A stretch of 64,000 bases of DNA, taken from Bugula neritina (Eukaryota; Animalia; Bryozoa). The notes below the pieces were generated by a model. It was given only the letters and a program-made list of their open reading frames with translations. It searched no databases and had not been told where the DNA came from. The translations under genes and the position numbers were made by a program. The stretch is from contig OZ037771.1 of NCBI GenBank assembly GCA_964035545.1, positions 11,846,480-11,910,479 on the forward strand, given 5' to 3'. Shown one piece after another: positions 57,749 to 64,000 of the stretch; position 1 is the stretch's first letter; each line of letters opens with the position of its first letter.

Positions 57749-60259
57749 ATGATGATTGACACCAGTGTTATTGTCAAAGGATATGAGGGCGTAAAACTTA
57801 GTGAGCAGTATGTCAACTTCAGGCCCAACTATTCAGCAGAAGTCTTTGAAACTATTTTAACATATCTGCAAAAGTCGGTGAGGCAGAATTATCATTACCA
57901 ATGTGTAAAAAATATGATCTAAACATGTAGGAAATTCTCTTCACGCAGAGGACGTATTTCTGCATGGTTTATTGCAGCTAAAATATCAACTGTCTAAAGA
58001 AACTATGTATATATAGTAACAACTTCAATTTTTAGGTGCTAAAAGATACAGCTTTTAAAAATCATCGAATTGCCGTAGATGCTGGATGTGTACCTGGGTT
58101 GATGTCTACAGTATTCTTAGCTCCATATTTTGATAAAGTACTTGGAGTAGTTATCAGCAAGTCTCAGATAGGGCAGGTAACTCTCAACAACCAGCATGAA
58201 AATATAGAGTATAAGTAAGTTGTCTTTTCCTTAGAATAAAGTTCATTGATGTTGTAATACTATGTTAGTTATCTTCCCACTTTGGTATTACTATATTATA
58301 TTGTTAGAGTTATCTACTCTCAATACTTATTTTGTACTACTTTGTGCTGCAATGCATGCGCTAATATGGTATAGTTTACGTTCAAGTGTAGTGGATTGCA
58401 ATAAAACAATTTTGAATGAGTAGTACAACAATTGAGTTTTCAATACAGCAAGCAATTACTGATGCGATATAGCAGTAAAATCACATTTGTATAGTAATTC
58501 TAATATCTTATTGACGTTTCGAAACATATTGATTACAAACATGAATAGATTGAAGTGCTTGAATTGTTTCTTTGAGAAGTATTTTATGATCACAGAATTT
58601 CCTAAGTCTAGGCTGTCAATTGCCCTACAACATTTAGTATAAAGTAGAAAAATATTATAACTATAACCACAAAATTTACGGTTTCTCCAGCGGAATCCTT
58701 ACCAGTAGAAGACAACTCTGTAACTTTAATGCAAGTAGCTACGGCATACCATTGGTTAGATCATGAGAAGTTCTATAGGAAATGTGACAGAGTTTTGGTG
58801 CCTGGAGGAGTTATTGCTATGCCTTCAAGGATTTTCTTGTTATCAACCATCTTTGAGCTGAATGCATTTATGAAATTTTGAAAGAGGTTAGAAATACGGA
58901 TTTATATTGCCTGCTAATATAGGAAAACAAACGTTTATAGTTTGAAGCTTTATAAACTGTATTTGGTATAAGCAAGGTTCCACTTTGCTGCAATCTATGT
59001 GCTATAATAGCTATGTAGAACTCAAATTACAGGAAGCCATATATAATGCAAGTTTTTCAATTGAAATTTCCAGTATAACTCTTTTGTATTAAAATCATTA
59101 GATTTGCTTTTTGGTTATAAAACTAAGGTGACAAAATTTAATAGATTTTGCTATAAGATATCTAACTCATAGTGTAATACTGTTTCTTTGTTTAAGATTT
59201 CTTGCAGATTACTGATAGATTGACTTCACTTAGAGATAATCTTCATTTCTCTGAAGCTCTACAAATGACGTTAGACAGGTACACAGACTCAACACTGCAA
59301 ATACCTTATCAGGACACTACTCGGTGAGTTTATCATACACATCAAAACCTATCATCCTGTATAGTGTAGCTACTTCTCTGCAAATACTTCTTTTCTCAAG
59401 TAAAATAATCATAATATAATATACATGTGAGATGAAGTAATATATTATATAACTTCTGCTACCTGAACAGGACAAAGCAGAGATCGGTCAGAACAAGATG
59501 CAGTAATATTTTGCCTATATATGGTTGGACAAAGAAAGATTAGGTTGTAAAGAGAAGTTACAAACAATAATTGTTTGAATTGATTCAATAATAAAATAGG
59601 CTGATAGATCTGAAACAAAAAGAATTTAGTTGTTATGTGTTTCAGTGTTGATGACATTAACTTTACTGTATCAAGTTCAGTGTCAGGTATATTGAAGTTT
59701 CTGATAACAACCATGCTTACAAAGCAGTTTGTGACAGGCTCAGAAGAAAATTTTTGTTGGTGAAACGACTATCCCAAAGAGAAAAATAGTTATTTATTAT
59801 ACTCTTTAAATATGAGTTAGGTCTAGATTTTTCTCCTTCACACCATCATTAGTTTTATCATTATTATTATTATTATTATTATTATTTGTACTAAACAATC
59901 AGCAGTTCAATAAATAATTATAATTTATGATATATATTATGTATATGTATGTTGCTTAAAAGAACAAATAGAAGAAAACACAATAATTTAAGCTCCTCCA
60001 TTAAAATTTGACAAATATCCAGTCACTTTACAAAGTTTTTTCTATATACAAAGTCGCTATAGAAATATTTTTATTAATGTAAGTTTGAACTTTTTTTATT
60101 AAATTGGCTACAAAACAAAAGATTTGTTTGTTATGATAATCTTGCTGTTTATATCTTGCAGATCAATGCAAGTATATATAGTACAGAAGACCTGAAGCTC
60201 CCCTAGTTTACCAGACACCAGCATTTATGCTTTTAGGAGGTAAACAAAAAACATCATAG
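57749..60259 (+). pseudogene. Methyltransferase copy E (pseudogene)
   Basis: Exons 57749-57877, 58036-58214, 58680-58886, 59208-59323, 59646-59780 and 60162-60259. SAM motifs are broken (DAGCVPG, GVVIS). The exon-3 acceptor is AC and exon 3 has a 10-nt deletion (207 vs 217 nt). TGG TGA at 59758-59763, lost exon-5 donor, and indels in exon 6. Confidence 0.9.
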
Positions 60260-60462
60260 TTATATGCCATCAATAATTGTATAACATATTATAGTAGGTA
60301 CTCATTCTATGGCTTGCATTGCATTTATATTGCTGTAGAATGATCTTATCTCTTCACCATGCAGAAAGGTAAAAGGGTTATTAATAAAATTGTGATTTGA
60401 TAATAAAGATGTTGATTCATGTTGCTAAACGTATAGCAGGTGCTTTTGTTATTCTGCTACAA

Positions 60463-61035
<573 letters not shown>

Positions 61036-63169
61036 TATAATATACATATTACAATAACACAAACTTTTTAAAAGTGGCTTCATAATATTATAAAAATATT
61101 TGCAGATTCGATTCTCACTAACGTAGTCTCAGGTATAGTTCCTGTAGACATGCATGGGGTCATCATAAACAGATACATAACCAGCAACATTAAATCTTGG
61201 CTAAAAATTTGACTAAATGCATGCATTGTGCACCTGATTTTGTTGATTTTTGTAAAAAAAATTATATAAACATTTATTTTCTAATAATTATTTTTGCTGG
61301 GCCAAAATCACCAAATCAACTGAAATTAAAAATTTCAGAACCCCTTATTTTTTTCCAAACTATTTCATGAAGTAGGAACTGTGGAATTGGTAATTTGAAT
61401 ACTGTTATTATTGTATTGCTACATAAAACTTTAGATTGCTAATGAAAATTTCACTCACACAAATGTTTTCAAGGCTATATATATATATAAATTGAAAATG
61501 TATGCAACAGAATTGAATAATTAAAAGAGTAAATTATTCCAACATATTATTTTGTTGGTTTAATGTACAAGTATAATATTATTTTTAATAAGTTTCTACC
61601 TAAAACAATTTTCGTTAGTCAGTACCCCTTAACAGCACTTTGAAAGGCAATAAAACTATATGGTTTTCTTGATGCTAATTATTTTGTTTGCTTGCATGTG
61701 CATGATGGTTACATTACTCATCATTAATTGATCATTTCTATAAAATATTACTGAATATGTATGGTACATGCATGTGCCATGTAACATACTTATCATGCAT
61801 AAAAGTCTCAGAAATAATAATACACACACATAATTATTATTACTAATATAACATGACATCCAGGAAATATGAATTTTATAATTATAGCAAAAGAGTTACA
61901 TAACCCATAAATAATTTTTCACCTAGATAGCTATTTCATCTTTAGCTATAAATGTTGTATATTATTTTGTTAAATAATTCAATACACAATATACCTGCCA
62001 CTTCAATTTTACAAATATACACTTAGCACAGTTTTCATTATAAAGCACCTTACATGTTAGTCACTTTATACTTAAAATATTGTTCGCCAATTCATGTCAT
62101 AAAAAATTGAGAAGTTATTTATAATTCCATGCAGCATGTTGGCTCTAACGACTATAAGATTTAGCCTAGAGTGTGTTAAAACACAGATAGAATGAAGATG
62201 ATTCAAACCACCGCCTGCTGGTAGGGGGGTGTATTATATGTGGTTGTTGGAATGCTTGAAGAAAAAACAGAATCTTTGAGCGATTAATAAACACAGCTTG
62301 CAAACTGTTCACCTGTATTATATAGAGCAATAATGAGCTGTTACAGGCTTACAGCCAGAAGTGTTTTATTAAGATAATGTGAATAAAATGTTTCTAACTT
62401 CCCAAAACATATTTTGCAAAATTCGAAATTAATTTCTGCTTTTAGCCAGATATAAGTTATAGTTATAAAGTTATTAGGCCTATAACTCTTTTCATAAGAA
62501 CTGTTCGGAATATAATTACTGGTGATTATTGCGTTGTTTTTTTTAGACTCAACCCAAGCTTTTTGAACTCGCGGGTAGGTGAAACGCTCTGATTAAAACA
62601 CGTTAAGAACGAGATACAAGACTGGTTAGTTAACGTGCAATAGAATTATCCATAAGCAGTTTTTAGTTAAGGGTGATTTAGTGCAGTAGTTTAAAGTCAC
62701 AAGTTTAAAGTTGGAGCTCAATCTGAACCCTTCACTGCAGTTGACAGAATTCTTAACAACTGTAATCAATCACCCCTAACTTTGAGCTATTTTTAAAAAG
62801 ATTTTACATTATTGGCTCCAAGTTCAATACCAACTAGTAACTTGGCCTTGAGAAGAGTTAGGAAGTATATTATTCGGTTTTTGTAAACTGCGTAAACGTA
62901 AATACGAAAAAAATTGGCGGAAATGTAAACAGGAGAAAACAAATCAGAAAAACTCCTAACGACTACTTTTAAACATAAAATCCGGTTTCGCGAGTGTGGT
63001 CTAATCAAGAAACATCCAAGTCGTCGGCGCACAAAATGTTCAGTTACACAACTAGTTTTTATTATGGTGTTGACAATTAAGTTTTTACCTGCTAATAATT
63101 ACCTTGTAAACTACAAAACCGAGCCCAATAATTGTTATTCTTGTAGTTGCATAGATACCAAAACCTTCG

Positions 63170-64000
63170 ATGTTTTTACCATATAAGGGGGAACACGGCG
63201 AGTTGGCGGACGGGTCGTGTATTCCTTTTTATGGCAAGATAGGAAAGAAAGTAAGCCGACAGGTGCAAGACCTTCTGAACCGAGACCTGATTGAGCCAGC
63301 CCATGTTGCTTGGAGCTCTTCAGTTGTCCTGGTTCGGAAAAAGGATGGGAGCTGGAGGTTTTGCATGGATTATCGCAAACTGAACAGCGTGACCATCCAG
63401 AACTCTTACTCTCTTTCTAGGATCGATGAGTCGCTAGATGTCTTAGCTGGTAGCAAGTTCTTCAGTATGCTGGACTTGTTAAGAGGGTATTGGCAGGTGC
63501 CCCTGAGTCCTGATGCATAGGACAAGGCCGCGTTTATTACGCGGGATGGGCTCTGGAAGTGGAAGGTACTGCCATCCGGACTTAAGTCTGCTCTGGCCGC
63601 CTTCCAGCGACTCATGGAGCAGGTCCTGAGTAGGTTACACTGGAAGACTTTGCTCATCTATATCCATGATGTCATTGTCATCTCCCCCGACTTCGACACT
63701 CACGTCAGTCAGCTCAGTAAGGTGTTTGACAGCTTTCGAGTTGCTGGTCTGCGGCTTAAGCCCTCTAAGTGTGCGTTACTGCAACAAGAGGTTAAGTACC
63801 TGGGCTATGTAATTGGTCGAGACTGGGTCGCCACCGACCCCAAGAAGGTACGGGCTGCGAGGGGCTGGGTCGTCCCTGTCAATCTCCCTGAATTGCGGGC
63901 ATTCCTGGGGCCGGTAAGATACTATCGTCAGTACATACTGGACTTTGTAAGAATTGCGCAGCCACTAAACCGACTGACAGCAAAGGGGGTGCGATGGCAG
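63170..64000 (+). mobile_element. Ty3/Gypsy pol remnant (protease fragment fused to RT), runs off the window
   Basis: WSSSVVLVRKKDGSWRFCMDYRKLN, FSMLDLLRGYWQV, stop at 63518-63520, KAAFIT..WKVLPSGL, LIYIHDVIV (YxDD decayed), LKPSKC..VKYLG, LRAFLG..YYR. Confidence 0.93.

Overview
AT-rich, intron-containing eukaryotic DNA, most consistent with an invertebrate animal (spliceosomal GT-AG introns, long TA/CA microsatellites). The main content is a cluster of five paralogous class I SAM-dependent small-molecule methyltransferase genes (Methyltransf_11, TMT1/CRG1-like) with one shared exon layout: A 8233-10948 (-), B 16766-22195 (+), C 28159-30638 (+), D 44304-46721 (-) and E 57749-60259 (+). I spliced them by hand. 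Every copy carries a lesion, and only A could still encode a full-length enzyme, via a non-canonical GA donor. A separate multi-exon gene (53198-55791, +) encodes a Cys-rich, Thr-rich mucin, TSP1, Arg/Lys-tail protein. Mobile DNA includes a decayed Penelope-like retroelement ending in a hammerhead ribozyme (HHR), an inverted pair of HHR cassettes embedded in (TA)n, two Ty3/Gypsy remnants, a piggyBac transposase relic, tRNA-derived SINE-like repeats, a Harbinger-type MITE and several fold-back structures. Most long ORFs in the supplied track are microsatellite artefacts.
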